DNA of 64,000 bases, taken from the NCBI GenBank assembly GCA_013115145.1, contig JAAPAO010000040.1, positions 45,983-109,982 on the forward strand, read 5' to 3'. Numbering within the stretch: position 1 is the stretch's first letter; the number at the start of each line of letters is the position of its first letter. Made by a program: the position numbers and the translations under genes. Below the pieces are notes generated by a model. The model was not told the DNA's origin. It saw nothing but the letters and a program-made list of their open reading frames with translations, and searched no databases. The stretch comes from Perkinsus chesapeaki ATCC PRA-425. Taxonomy: Eukaryota; Protista; Perkinsozoa. Below are positions 45,156-58,108 of the stretch, piece by piece.

Positions 45156-47109
45156 ATGCGGATCGTGCTAAGTGTGGTAGCACTGGTGGGTGCTGCGGCT
45201 GCTGCTTTCGACCCATGTGATGAGCTCGGGCTCCCTTTGGCACGGGAAGGACAGTACGTCCGCCCGTCCGAGTACGCGAAGAGAATCAACAAGTTTTTCG
45301 AGACTAATAACTACACCCGGTCTGTAGGGAGGAGGGGTCGCTTTACCTTCCACAACGATTCTGATATGCGTTATATTCTAATCGGCGGCATAGGTGACGC
45401 TTTGGAGTGCATTCCAGACTGGAGCCAATGTGACGAGCACGCTGATGAATGCCTCGGAGCTTAGGTTCCGCGGTACCTCGACCATATTCCAGGCCTAGTC
45501 TTTGCCAATGCCGAGGAGTTCAGACATAATTGCCCTCAATTGGTGGGAAACCAGCCACGGGCTCCCAGTCATTTCACACATCTCTCAGCTGTTACTGTGT
45601 TTGCTGTTGGATGTTGAACGGTCTCTCGAAGCGACCTACGCCTCAGTCTTCACCGACGGTGCTACCCATCTACTCGCTACAGCCCAACGGCGCTGGGACG
45701 AGCTAATACACTGGACGCTAATTCGTTGACCGAGCAATGGAGCATGATAGATACTCTCGATTGCGGTCGAGCGATCCGGTAGTCATCGGCCACGCGGAGC
45801 GATTCCCCCTGAGCTGGCTCGGCTGGCCGATAGACGAGGCTGAAAGGCGCGCACGTGTGGGACCGAAAGGTCGCGACTGTCTTCGACAGGGTTTGGTGGA
45901 TCAGGCATACTATCGGCGAATAACAAGTACACTTGACGATCCTAAGAAGCGTGAGGAGTTCTTCACACTTTTATACAAGATGGGCGACGTGCCCTTGTCG
46001 GACGAGGTGGAATACACCGCACGGTGGAGAATTAGCTCACTTGTCAGCAGCTTTGGGAAGAGGGCTTTGCTGAGGTATTAGATGCACTTGATTCCGTAAC
46101 AGGAATCGAGTATTTCCCATATGGCGGGACGCTCCTGGCATTGGTGAGGTGAGGCTGCAGCTAGTTCGCCCAGGGCTTCATACTCCCGCCTCAGGTACGG
46201 AGCTCGGACGGGAATCCTTTCCGAGGGGAAACAGGATGTGGTGAGTCCCACAATCGCTAGTCGATGCAAGCAGCGGAAGTTGTATGCTGGCAGGTTGAGC
46301 GCGATGTGGATATACTCATCGGCGTGACATCCGCAGCTGACTGGTCCAACAGAGTAGCCTTCGACCTCGCTACAGCGCTCACCGATCACCGAGGGTGGAA
46401 GGGCTGCTATCAGAAGGCTTCGATACCTTTGGACGCCATGGTTGCCGGTATACCATACAGAAAGGACCTCCTACAGTGTTTGAAGGTAATCCTGCTAACG
46501 GATCCAACATCATGAAAATAGTTTCTCATTTCCAGACTAGCCCTGACGGGCAACTTCTCTTGGCCGATTTCTCGACGTACATAATTGTGAACGACTCAAC
46601 TTCCGACACTCACAGCTACCTCCAAAAAGGCTGTTCACAGGATGGGCGGTGCGCCACGGTAGAGTTTCTGAGCCGCCTGGCGAACATCTCGAACAATGAG
46701 GGGTTGGTGTATCCCTTCGAGAAGTGCAAGGCGTACAACAGGACAGTTAACTGCCCGAAGAGGCCTCTGGATGTAATCGAAGAATCGCTACCAGGAATGG
46801 CAGTATCTTCAGTTCACTCGAGCCTTCCACAACTTGGGTCAGCATGACTGCCTCGCCATCCCCAGTCTGTTCAGCCGTGATGACCGCGATCCTCGCAATG
46901 TCGACTTCACTAGTCGTGGCCTCAATGCTCGCGATCTCGACCTCATCGAGGCTTCGTCTGAGCTGTTGCAAAAGGGCGGCTTTCTCTCTATGTATGACGA
47001 GCTGCAGTCTGAGAGATGCGCACAGGTTCGGCGTTCTTTAGATAGCAACATAACATGTGTAGGATGTGGTGTTAGTTTGCAGAAATATGTTACAGCTGCA
47101 ACAAAGTGA
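45156..47109 (+). CDS. Secretory-pathway LicD/fukutin-like nucleotidyltransferase-fold protein
   Basis: Signal peptide MRIVLSVVALVGAAAAA. Spliced core GIEYFPYGGTLLALVR|YG...QDV|VERDVDILIG matches the LicD GGTLLGxxR...DxDxDI pattern; Cys-rich C-terminal part. Splicing of the 5' exons is not fully resolved. Confidence 0.62.
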
Positions 47110-47342
47110 ATGCGGTCTCTTATGGCGATATGTCGCGTTCAGAGTTCTTGCTAATATCCTTCCCGTCCATATGGCGATGAGGGGTGATCGTCCGGACGGC
47201 CTTCGCAGTTAGGCTGGTCGTGCCCAAAGACTAATGCAACGCAACAACTGCTTCAAGTACACTGAAAGTGTTCTTTCCTCAACTCTGGTTTGGTCCATAA
47301 GACCTTAGTTTTATACGGGAAAACTCGATCCACGAATACACT

Positions 47343-48296
47343 CTATTGATTAGCGAAGTCAACACCTCTTTGAATATCCCCCTTCAGCTTCTCACACACT
47401 TCCTTGATTCTCTTGCTCTCGTGTTCGTTGAGGTCCTTAATCTCGTGAACCTTTTGGAGCCCTTCAGGGCCGAAGTCGCACTTGTAGGCGAAGAAAGGCA
47501 CATCGTTGTATGGGACGTTCACGAAGGCGCAAGCTGAAGTCGTGGTGCCCCTCTGTCCTCGGATGACAACATCAGCGAACTTGGCAGCAGCCAAAGCCAT
47601 GGCGAGAGTGGCAGATCCAGCACCAGCCTTGGCGTTCACAACATCGGTACCGGCGTTCTGGACATGGTCATCCAAAGCAAGGACGGTGTCGTGGTCGATA
47701 TCGACCTTGGGGGTGGCATGAGAGAAAACGGGCATGATAGTCACACCGGCATGACCGCCAATAACAGGGACATCAACCTTACTGACATCGAGCCCGAACT
47801 TTTCAGCAACGAATGTGTTAGCGCGGGTAACATCCAACAAGGAAACTCCAATGACCTTACGATGATCGTAGACACCGGCCTTCTTATACACTTCGGCCAC
47901 CACAGGCACTGTAGAATTGACAGGGTTGGTGACGATCAATAAGGTAGCATGAGGAGCGTACTTAGCACTAGCCTTGGCGAGATCACGAACGATACCAGCG
48001 TTGATATTGAAGAGGTCATCTCTTGTCATACCGGGCTTCCTTGGAACACCAGCAGTGATAATAACAACATTCGAGCCAGTGAGCGCAGCCTCGATCTCCC
48101 CCTCGCCAGCATATCCCTTAACCTGTGCTGGAGTGTTGATATGGCTAACGTCCTCAGCAACACCAGCGGCGGGGGTGCGGGCTTGAGGGATATCATAGAG
48201 GGCCAACTCAGTAATCATAGGGTTCATCTTCAGGAGCAATGCTAGCGGTTGACCGATACCGCCAGACGCGCCGAGTAGAGCCACTTTGGTCGACAT
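47343..48296 (-). CDS. MDH: Malate dehydrogenase (MDH2/bacterial-like clade), intronless, 317 aa
   Basis: [76 protein letters not shown]. Confidence 0.98.
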   Translation of the reverse strand: MSTKVALLGASGGIGQPLALLLKMNPMITELALYDIPQARTPAAGVAEDVSHINTPAQVKGYAGEGEIEAALTGSNVVIITAGVPRKPGMTRDDLFNINAGIVRDLAKASAKYAPHATLLIVTNPVNSTVPVVAEVYKKAGVYDHRKVIGVSLLDVTRANTFVAEKFGLDVSKVDVPVIGGHAGVTIMPVFSHATPKVDIDHDTVLALDDHVQNAGTDVVNAKAGAGSATLAMALAAAKFADVVIRGQRGTTTSACAFVNVPYNDVPFFAYKCDFGPEGLQKVHEIKDLNEHESKRIKEVCEKLKGDIQRGVDFANQ

Positions 48297-48794
48297 GATT
48301 TACAAAGTAATCTAATCCTGAACGAGCCTCATAGGAGTTAATTATAAATCAAAGGCGCTAGAATGGTGCAATGAGCGACGAGGCTACAGCGGATGCATTT
48401 GCGTGCAGCTGTTTATGCGTGCGGCACTGGCCACACACACTAGGAAAGAACTCGACTACTACTTGCAAAAGGTTGAAGACATTAATTTATTGTTGCCCGA
48501 CTATATTCCTCCTGTCGTGCTCGTTCGTCGGCCACACTCGCGTTACGTAGGGAATAGTTAGAGACGATCCGATGGAGCGAGTCGTGTGTATGCGTGCTGC
48601 GTTGGGATCAGTGCTGGCCTCGTCCTCCCCTTAGAGGGAGTGCCACTAAGATATGAGAGGCATACGAGCCCAGCAACTGATCCGTCGCGATTATGGGCTC
48701 AATTGCACAAGAGCTGTCTCCTGCTGGTCCCTACCAACTCAAAATAACTCGACAACTATTTGTCCGTTTAGAAACTATATTAACGTTTCCCACT

Positions 48795-51061
48795 CTAATC
48801 ATCTCTGCGCTGTCGTTTTCTCTCTCGGCTGCGCTCTCTATGGTCTCGATCCGAAGACCTGCGATCTCTGTCTCCTCTTCGATCTCTATCCCGATGCTCG
48901 CGCCCGTGGCCTCTACCACGATCGCCGTCGTGTTCTGAGGAAGGCAGCATTCCTGCAGAATTTCCCACGTGCGCCGGCAGCGATGACTCACCTCTACCAG
49001 ACCGAGATGAGCGTCTGTCAAAGTCTCGATCCTCCTCCTTGACAGGAGCTCCCCAACCTCTACTGAGGTTGCCGCCTAAGGATGCCATAACGACGTTATA
49101 CGCAGGACTGAGATTGTGTACGTGAGGAAGGCTCTCTCCAACTTCTGGCATCTCCCCAGCTGCTTCGTCCCTGCTCAGAACGAGAACTGCGAGAGGATTC
49201 TCTGTCATCTGATGAAGGCCAAGCGTTTGAATTGAAAGCTGAGGGCTGCGGTTACGAGAGAAGGATCTTCGTCCGTGGCCGCGATCTGCACGATTCCAAC
49301 TCCAATCGCTCCTGCCCCTGAAAGAACGAGTTTGCGAGAAATCGTTCTACAGTGGCGCACCTCTCTTCCCCTCCTCCGTGACTCTGGGGAGCAGCCCAGC
49401 CAGTACCGCTGGATCTAACATTAAAATTTATTATTCGTCCGGACCGGAGGATCTAAGTTACCTGTTCGGTTGCTGCCTAAGAGCTGCCCAACCACCGGGG
49501 CTCTTCTCGTCGCCCTATAAGGATGAATGTAGAGGGGCGGTAACAATGGGCCACTCACATGGCGTCCTCCTCTCGAAGGAGCCCCCCAGCTCGACCCGCC
49601 CTCGGCATTTTCCCCCCTCGCTGGTCTGGAACCCCAAGCGCTGGTCGATCCTTGGCCAGTCCATCCTGAAACACCATTCCTCAACCATCATTGTACCACA
49701 ACTTACCTGAGTCTTGCTTGGGAGGAGCGCCCCACGCTCCTTTATCTCCAGCCGGAGCTCGCCATCCCTGCTGCTGCCCTGGTGGTGGGGGAGGTGGCGG
49801 TGACGTACCCCGCATTGATGTTGGCGGTGGAGGAGGAGGAAGCCTGAAGGGCGGCATCCCCATGGCTTTGGTATCATCTCTATACCCTCCATCAACGCGC
49901 CTGCTCGGTGGCGGTGGAGGCGGCGGCGGGGGAGGGGCCGACGGCTGCTGATGTTGATGGCGGCTCGGCTTCAATTCTTGGATGGACGATCGAAGGAGAT
50001 CCTCGGGCATCCTCGGGACATATTCGAAGACGTTGGGCACACATTCGCGGAGATACCAATCTGGCACCAGATCGGGGAGCATCTGCCTTCCATGCCTGAG
50101 GCAGCATCCAATGGCCATTGCCACTGAGCAGCAGCGATGACCCTACTTTTCATGACGCAGCCGGCACATGTTACCCAACCGACAGAAGCCATACTTGTAC
50201 CTGTTAAATCAACTGCGGCATTCCACAAAAACATGACCTTACTTCTGGCACTCCACGGTTTCGATATCATGCCGGAGCTCACAGTCCTTCTCAGTACATC
50301 GGCCATGCTTCACCCAAGCCACACACTCAGGCATGCGATTGACGTCATACCTCAGTGAGACTAGCATTAAGTCCAAGCATACTCCATCACCCTTACTGGT
50401 GGAGGAAGTCGCATTTGTCCCCCTTCATACAGAGGGTCTTAAGCCAATGCTTGCATACACTGAAGTACCTGCCTCGAGTTCCCGGCCGAGATTCCAGCGA
50501 ACCTGCAGCAGGCACAGTCCAGCGGGCAGTAGAGTGGGTAAATGGTACCTAAGCTGCCGACTTCCTTCAGCATAGCCTCGCTCTTGACCTCATCAATGGC
50601 TTTAAGATCCTCCTCGAAATCGAACTCGACCGCATCTGACAACAAAACCTGCTGCACAGAGAGTCGTAGAAGAAGTACAAATCCTTCAAGAAGGAATGTA
50701 TTCCCATCGAAGCCCCAACCGCTTCAATCTTCAACACTTCGTGGCAGCCCGCCTCCCGTGTCGTGCAAGACTCCTTCCGTAAGGGTCCCTTCCTTACCTT
50801 CATCGGTCGTGTCGATATCAGCATCCTCGAAGGAGCTCTCCTCTGCTATAGGAGACGGCACTGGAACATAAGATCTATTAGCTGTCGGAGGCGGCGTGAC
50901 CGGAGGAGGCGGTTGAAAGTGCGACCGAGCCTGCTAAACAGGATCACGAAGCCGCTTTCTGCGCGTCCTCCCACCTGCATCATTTTCCCCGGTGGCAGTG
51001 GAGGCGGTGGTGGCTGGTTGGGATTGGCTGGCAGTGCCGATGGTGGGAGGAACGACGCCAT
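48795..51061 (-). CDS. Hypothetical Pro-rich protein with an Arg/Asp/Ser-rich C-terminus (splicing-factor-like low complexity)
   Basis: MASFLPPSALP start at 51061 splices in frame to QARSHFQPPPP. Poly-Pro tracts; terminal exon DRDRRGDRDRRSSDRDHRERSRERKRQRRDD*. Confidence 0.5.
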
Positions 51062-51175
51062 AAGGATGCTGCCAACCTCTACTAAGACCGGTGGTTGCCA
51101 TTAAACACGGACCGACACAGCCTTCCAATAGGAAACTTAATGCTACAGGGTTTGTACTATACGTTTAATCATAGC

Positions 51176-52359
51176 CTATCGAGGAGGAGGAGGCTGTTGC
51201 TGCATAGGGGCTGGCCGCCAGTCCCAGTAGTCTCGCTCGCTCAATGCCACACTGTCGGGATCGTACCTGTGATAGTCCTCCAGCACCACCCATCTCCTTG
51301 TTCCTTTAAAGCACCTTTGATGAGGCAGTGTAGTGGTCCGCTGTATCTCCTCGGTGATACCAAACTTGTCGAACATCTAATGAAGCAGATACGGACTTCC
51401 ACCACTTCCCCCAGGTGTCACCTCGTCCGTCCACTTGGGGTTATGGAACTTCCTATTGGCCATTAAAAACGCATGAACATATCTCCCAGCCTGAGCCTGC
51501 CTCTTCAGGTTGGCTACGTTCTTCTTGGCTGCCACAACAACATTATAAATTGCCGCCTCCTGAATCCCACCTTCGCTCGAACACCTTCCCGCAGCGCTTG
51601 CCTTGGCTTCCTCAAAATACCTGTAAAACCATCTCCATACCCGAGATGTTGACACTTACGCATGGGCGGTGGGGGCCTCTTTAATCCGGGAGACCTCCTC
51701 GGGCGTCGACGGCTCGCTGGACGGGGAAGCGGCCATCGAGACGGATATGGACTGAAAAGCAGTAAGAGTTGGCCATAGCATCTTGAAATCGTCCTCTACC
51801 TCGACGGCTACGGACTCCCTGACCCCATCGTCACTCTCGGTTTGGGAGCCGCCAGGGAGAGTCGATGGCTGGCTGCTAGGGAGCACCTCCGAAGAGCCAT
51901 CCACCTGCCACTACTGGTTACAGTGAGCCCATTAAGTACCCCACTAACCTCCATCGGACCAGCTCCTATAAATTCCTCTCCAGCTTGGCTATCATCTTGT
52001 GAGCTCGCTGTAGATACTCGAGAATGGTCCTGCTGCGGTGGTGCCCTTGATGGGCTCTGACTGGGCTCCGGGGTGCCCCTAAGACACTCAAATCTACCAC
52101 TGTGAAGGTAGACAACTGCAGCCTGGTATTTCCGCAACAACCAGTAGTGCCACTATGAGCCCTACGGCCGCTACTGACTGTCACTATGCCACGGAGGCGC
52201 GGCCCACGCCTCCCAGGAAGTTTCCCCCGGCCACTACTACTGTTGCTCCATAGACGCCCCTCTTTGCTGACGTTCAGCAGGCTGTGTCTCATTATCACTG
52301 CCATCCTCAGAGTCACTCGAGGACAGGGAGCTGCTGCTTGAATAGCCACCGAGCATCAT
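51176..52359 (-). CDS. SAP30BP/HCNGP-like protein
   Basis: N-terminal LGGYSSSSSLSSSDSED. Spliced core LKRQAQAGRYVHAFLMANRKFHNPKWTDE|MFDKFGITEEIQRTTTLP resembles the HCNGP G..+..+...F.NP...+.+...I.E..T..P pattern (recalled, by eye). Confidence 0.55.
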
Positions 52360-52542
52360 CCTATCAACAAAGCGAAGTGCTTAGTAATAGACATTCAAAC
52401 CACCAACCATGTTAGATAACTCAACCCCGAAGAGAGACGGCATTAAAAAATATTCAACAAGTAACCTACTGAAACTATTACCGTCACTTTCCCAACTGTG
52501 AGGGCCTACCAGCCGCATATCTGCTCCACAGACCTTCTCAAT

Positions 52543-53319
52543 CTACGTACAATCGTCGGCTTTGGCTACTTTTTTCAAATACACCTTTGGTGGCGCAGAA
52601 AAGGACCCTTCTGCCTCTAGTTTCCCACCATCCGTCGACTGCCCAGCACTCTTCCCTTCATCAGCCTCCCCGCTCAGGAACGCCTTCACTACCTTCATTA
52701 TCCTACTGGCCCACACCGCTGAGATCCCTAGAATAATGAGGCAGCTAGTCTTAACCTCTATGGGAGTCGTAGGGCTCCCACAGAGGTAAACGGCCATGTA
52801 GGGGGCCACCACCATGCGACCGATAAGGAATAGGATGGCAAAGACAGCTTGGGCCACCAAAGCTAGCAGAGAGCCTTCTGGAGCCAGGCCCGTCTGGAAG
52901 AGATAGAGCCACGGCGTGGAGAGCTCCGCTACGAAGAGGAACCATGCGAGCTGATAGCCAGCATAGCCTGTGTACAGGGCCACTAGCTGGCCCCACACTA
53001 CCGTCAAGTGATGGAAGGATCCCTCAAAGTCCCGGAGGACCAGCAGACATAGCAGAGCGTCCAGTATAAAGTAGGCAAGGGAGAAAGCTAGCATGTCCGC
53101 TTGGAACTGGCTTGAAGGGCTGATAAAGTCCCACTCGTCCTTGAGAATTATACAGCCACACCAGAGGGATATTATTATTGAGTGGGCCACGGACATGCAA
53201 ACTGATGCCTGGAAAGCGGTGAAGTTGGCCGCCTTCTCAGCGAAGAAATATATGGAGGAGAAGAACGCCAGGGAGCCAAGCGTGGTGCCGATGTGCCATG
53301 TAAGGGATGGATCGAACAT
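52543..53319 (-). CDS. TLC-domain (TRAM/LAG1/CLN8; TLCD/TMEM56-like) membrane protein, intronless
   Basis: Multiple TM helices; SLAYFILD, FHHLTVV, LFVAELSTPWL, FLIGRMV. Likely start MFDPS at 53319; the ORF extends to 53355. Confidence 0.9.
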   Translation of the reverse strand: MFDPSLTWHIGTTLGSLAFFSSIYFFAEKAANFTAFQASVCMSVAHSIIISLWCGCIILKDEWDFISPSSQFQADMLAFSLAYFILDALLCLLVLRDFEGSFHHLTVVWGQLVALYTGYAGYQLAWFLFVAELSTPWLYLFQTGLAPEGSLLALVAQAVFAILFLIGRMVVAPYMAVYLCGSPTTPIEVKTSCLIILGISAVWASRIMKVVKAFLSGEADEGKSAGQSTDGGKLEAEGSFSAPPKVYLKKVAKADDCT

Positions 53320-53989
53320 TATCAAACCGGCTGTCACGATATAGCGGCAGTGCACGATAACTCGGAAAATTTAACGTGGGATTGGAAAGCGACCCCGAAT
53401 CGGAGATATGCGACAAACCTCAGTAGACTGGAACTAGTATAACAGCGTCGGAAGGATATTTCCCAGGAAATTACGATTGTTGCGTTTGTAGCATTCAAAA
53501 ATGCACTTCTTATAGCCACTTGGTGAGGGCCTTTTAGGGAAGGCCAGTAACAGCAATTCCCACATAAGCGTTCGCCTAAATACAGGGCAGCTTCTGCACC
53601 ATCTATATGAGCTTATTACTGTCGCTATCAATGATATACTGCCGCTTACGTCTACGGCTCAAGCAAATATAGGCTAAGACCCAGTCCTCAGCCCAATATA
53701 CTAACGCAGAGCAATTGCCGTCACCCTATCCAACCGTTACTACCTCTTCCCACCACGGACCGTCATCCAGAGGTCATCTCCACTGTAAATAACTGCCGTA
53801 AGGTGCTTCTGGTGTTCCCCACTATCCGGTGCCCTCCACTGTACCCATCAAACTCGACACTTTCCAAATGCTAATGGTAGCTAACTGATTGTGGCGTGTC
53901 CAGCGCGCACTGTGTGTATAAAGGAAAGTGCCCCTAACGAGCTCAACAAGTGTGATGACAACAATCTGGGATATCAAACAGCAATACTA

Positions 53990-54769
53990 TCAGCATCCGG
54001 CGGTTCCGGCCACGACAGAGGCGGTCGCGGCGGCCTCGGACAGCTTCTCCTTCTGCGGTGAGAAGATACTGGCGAGGGTCTGCCCAGCAATCCTGAGGAT
54101 CCTGATGGCCCAGAGCACCGAGATGGACATGAGACCCACGCATGATAACTTAGCCAGGAAAGGGACATCTTCATTGCGGAGGAGGTAGTAGGACATCACA
54201 GTGCCAGCTCCAAGGCGGCCACCGATAAACAGCACCGCGAAGAGGCCCTGGCAGACCAGAGCTGCCAGACTACCTTCGGGAGCAAAGCCGGTCTCGAAGG
54301 CGTAGAGGAAAGGGGATGACAGCTCCGCAATGAAAAGGAAGGCTATGATGATGTAGCCCGATAAACCAGTGTAAAGGACGCCTATCTCCCCGACCACGCA
54401 GAAGGTATGGTGAGCTACGGACTCCCAATCCTTGAGGATGAAGGTACAGAGGAAAATATCAACGATGAAGTAGCCAAGGGAGGCTGACAGGAGGGTCGCT
54501 TCCTCCGGGGTAGAGGCTCCGCTCACGGTGGGCTCGTCACGAAGTAGGATGGAGCCGCCCCAGATGATGCAACCCAAGGCGTGTGTGAGCGACATTGCAA
54601 CTGTAGCTCGCCAAAGGGTGGATGTATGCCTTCGAGCAAAGGCGCAGAGAGAAGCGAAGAATATAGTAGAACATACGGTGAGGCCTATAGACCATGTCTC
54701 CGCTGGATGGAGGGGGAGGCCTGAACTTACTATATTGTCAATGATGGCGGAGGAAAAGGGAGCTGACAT
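53990..54769 (-). CDS. TLC-domain membrane protein, tandem paralogue, intronless
   Basis: SLGYFIVD, AHHTFCVV, LFIAELSSPFL, FIGGRLG; shares GLAPEGSL/GFAPEGSL with the neighbour. Start at 54769 or 54820. Confidence 0.9.
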   Translation of the reverse strand: MSAPFSSAIIDNIVSSGLPLHPAETWSIGLTVCSTIFFASLCAFARRHTSTLWRATVAMSLTHALGCIIWGGSILLRDEPTVSGASTPEEATLLSASLGYFIVDIFLCTFILKDWESVAHHTFCVVGEIGVLYTGLSGYIIIAFLFIAELSSPFLYAFETGFAPEGSLAALVCQGLFAVLFIGGRLGAGTVMSYYLLRNEDVPFLAKLSCVGLMSISVLWAIRILRIAGQTLASIFSPQKEKLSEAAATASVVAGTAGC

Positions 54770-55070
54770 AGTGACAAGAAACTGGCAGACGGCGGACTTC
54801 CTCTTCTGCAGCATTCTCATTCTTTTACTTTTCGGCGACCGAATCTCTTACAGGCTGGCAAGAAGCATATTTCCGAGGTCTGAGTCCAAGCATTGATCAC
54901 TGAGTCGAACTCAAGCCGCATTATCAGGTAGCACCGGTAGCCAGTATGGCAGTAGCGGCGCAATATAGAGTATAATCAGTAGCAGCAAAAAGGCTATCAT
55001 CCACCTGCGATTTAGGACCCACTACGCTTGGGCTGTGAAAAAACATCGAAATTCATGTTACATTGTTCCA

Positions 55071-57682
55071 TCAGCATGTGCTGCTGCTGTCGTCGTCGTC
55101 CTCTGATAGCTCCTCCTCACAAAATCGCATCCTACTAGTACAGTAGACACTGAGGAGAGAGCGCAGAATCTCAGGAGACCAGCAGCAGCAGTAGAAGAAG
55201 CAGTAACAATATAAAACATGACAGAGGAGGGGGGCACCCCCGAAATGATCGAGGATACCCAGAACGTTGAGGATAGTACTAGTAGTAGACAACATATAGC
55301 TAATTAGTAGGCAGCAAGCAGCACTGTCAATCAGTGCACTGCTGCTACTGCCGTGGTCTTCAGGCCTCATCGCCATGTGTTGAAGACAGAGCTGCTGCTG
55401 TTGTTGTTCGACATAAGGCCGTCTTTGGACAGCGCTGTGACCTTGGTGATGAAATCCTTAGTGGAACGATGAACCGAGAGATCCTCACTCCGGAGAAGCC
55501 TGAGGGACCCATGCCAGCAGACTGCTGCTGCCGCCGCTGCCAGACAGGGAGAACTCACCATCGCCTCTCGAAGGTCCCATCATCGAGAGTCGAGTCTCGT
55601 ATAAAGCCAGGACTGGTAATGACCTTCATGCTCAATGGGGCAAGCCTCTCCGTGTCCAATCGACGAGATAGCACAAGCTTAGCCGTACAACCCGGGACGC
55701 CATCTGATGATGATGATGATGATGATGACAAGGACTACTAACCATGATTACTAATGCTGACTGTAGATAATGAAGCTTGCCAAAAGGAACGCCCCGTATT
55801 GTATTACCAAGGTTGTCGAATAGCTCAAGACTGCCCCCAAAATATGTCGCATACAACCGCGACAAAGGCAGACCAACTCCGTATCCAAACAGGGAGCACC
55901 TACCGACTCATAGGCTGCCGACACCACCGCTGGGGTAGTATTACCTCTCATCATCGAGACCACTCCTCGGGGTCATACCGGCATTGAAGAACTTCCACAT
56001 ACCAGCGGTATCAGCTGGGCTAGTGGGCAGTCCAACACCTGAGGAGGCCCATCCTACCATCAGAACGCTCTGTCTGAGCAAGCCCCTTGAGGAGCTTAAG
56101 GGATGCTAGGAGTTTGGTATTGCTCTTGTAGCACACAGTAATAATGATAATAATGTACATAGTGTTGTGTCTTGGATACCCCCGAGGCAAGAGATAGAGT
56201 CACACTAGCCCAGTTCTGCTGCCGTTGCCTCGAGATGCTGAGTGGATGTGAAGTAGTAGTACCTTCATCTCTAATATGCATAACTACATCATCATCCTCT
56301 ATTCTAATATGGATACCAAGAGGAGGCATCTCTTGCATGAAGTCAGACGACAGTGCCGCATCAAAATCATAATCTAAACAGGACACTTTACCACAACACA
56401 CATGTGATGATGCTCACTGATCTTTGCCAGATGAGCATCAAGCGTTGACTTCGCTGCGTTCTTCAACAGCTCCAATAGAATATACCGCAGGTGAGATGTC
56501 ACGTACCTTGCCGGCCAATCAAAAACACCGACCTTCTTTCTTGATACTACATAAATCTATGTGGTGAGTTCTTCTCGGCTCCACGTCCGTCCAGCACCCG
56601 AATCCTGGCTTCGGGTCCCAAAAACCCATACTGCTGCAGACACAACCGTTCTGAGGGTGACAGCGGTAGTAAAGAGACCGATAAATAGTGCAACTTACGA
56701 ACGTCAGATGCCGCAGCCTCGGCGATACTGCCGGGGGAGCACTGCGGGTCCACTATGCTTTCTGGCCGGCTTAGCACGCTCAGTGTCAAGAATTGACTTG
56801 CCAGACAGCGCATCTAAAGCAGCACGATGATGATCGGGTGATACTAGCCAATGGAGAATTGGTGATTGAAGACACATCCTCCTTCATCCCGTACTACCCC
56901 TATCAGAGATAAAAAGACTCGTGAAACGACCAAATCCATATTCCTAAAATTTGTATCACTGCCAGCGTTCTCAAGTGCACTGAAAGAGAAAGCCACCATT
57001 TGAATAATACCGGCGGCCTGCTTGCTATTGCCCACCTTGCCGCGCACTCACTGAGCGACCTGGGCGTTGCCTTCAAAGTCTCTGTACGAAACTTCCTTAC
57101 GACATCCGTAAATAGGTCGACATCCTAAGCTCATGACCAGATCCTGTCCAAGCCGATCGATACCAGGCCTACCGAGGGCTTCTCCAATGGACAATGATAC
57201 ACCTCACTAATACAGTCTACATATCTGATGATGAGGAGGAAGAGTCAAGTGATGATGAAAAGGATAGGTGTTACTTCTCTAAAAGGTGCTTTAATTTACT
57301 ACTACTAGACAGTGCGAATTTAGGATCAGCGATTTCAACGGTACGCTGCGATAATCGTATGGGCAGTTCTAGCCGAAGGAATCTGAAAGGTCGCCATTAC
57401 TGGATACCGATAACCGTTAGTGCCCTCGCCCACCTAGCCAGACCAATTAAGCTGGGCTTATCGGCAGATTCGTGAGCGGGCAACCCTTGCTTTAGGCAGG
57501 GTTCTACTGCTGCTGATGACGGTGATGCCAGAGGGGATACAAACTCCCGTGTACGGTGTAGGTCTCGTAAAGGGACTGCTGTGGCTGGTAATACCGATAA
57601 TCTTTGAACCTAACCAAAATAGACCATTTCGGACGAAACCCACAACAAATGAGATAAGCCAAGTCTGGGCGTATTGGAGCAC
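55071..57682 (-). CDS. Mitochondrial alpha-ketoacid dehydrogenase kinase (PDK/BCKDK family), multi-exon
   Basis: MRCLASQFL, HLRYILLELLKNAAKSTL (N box), VVMHIRDEG (G1), FGYGVGLPLSRLYATYFGGSLEL (G2), GCTAKLVLSR. Both termini are approximate. Confidence 0.85.
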
Positions 57683-58108
57683 TTCAAAGGGGATTCTTAA
57701 TCAACGCCCACAACGGCGATAATATACGCGATAAGACCATACCCGGAAAAGCGGGTAGCTCAAAGCAGAAGCTGCGCAGTAGATTTTATCTCCTATGTGG
57801 GTGACCCAAAGCCACCTCTATAATTTCACCACCCTCCTGTACTACTACCAATTCCCAGCTAGTCCGCAAACTCATGCTTGATGACGAGGAGGTCCAAAGA
57901 TAAAAACAACTGTCAGGGTAAATGCTGACTGCTCACAGACCCCAGCCTACTAACAGTTATTACTGCTCACACGGAGGTTCATGGGACAAACACAAGGCTA
58001 TTACAGAGATAAAAAATGGCTGATAATGAAAATTCACATGAAATTCGACAACAACTACACTACAACAAATCCGTGATAGTAATAACAACTTCCCTTCAAC
58101 TATTCTTT

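Noticed and set aside
48371-48389. Possible spliced-leader relic upstream of MDH (minus strand ctgtagcc-tcgtc-gctca)
   Set aside because: Only about 13 of 21 positions match the recalled ACCGTAGCCAT(C/T)TGGCTCAAG leader, and the terminal AG is missing; compatible with chance.
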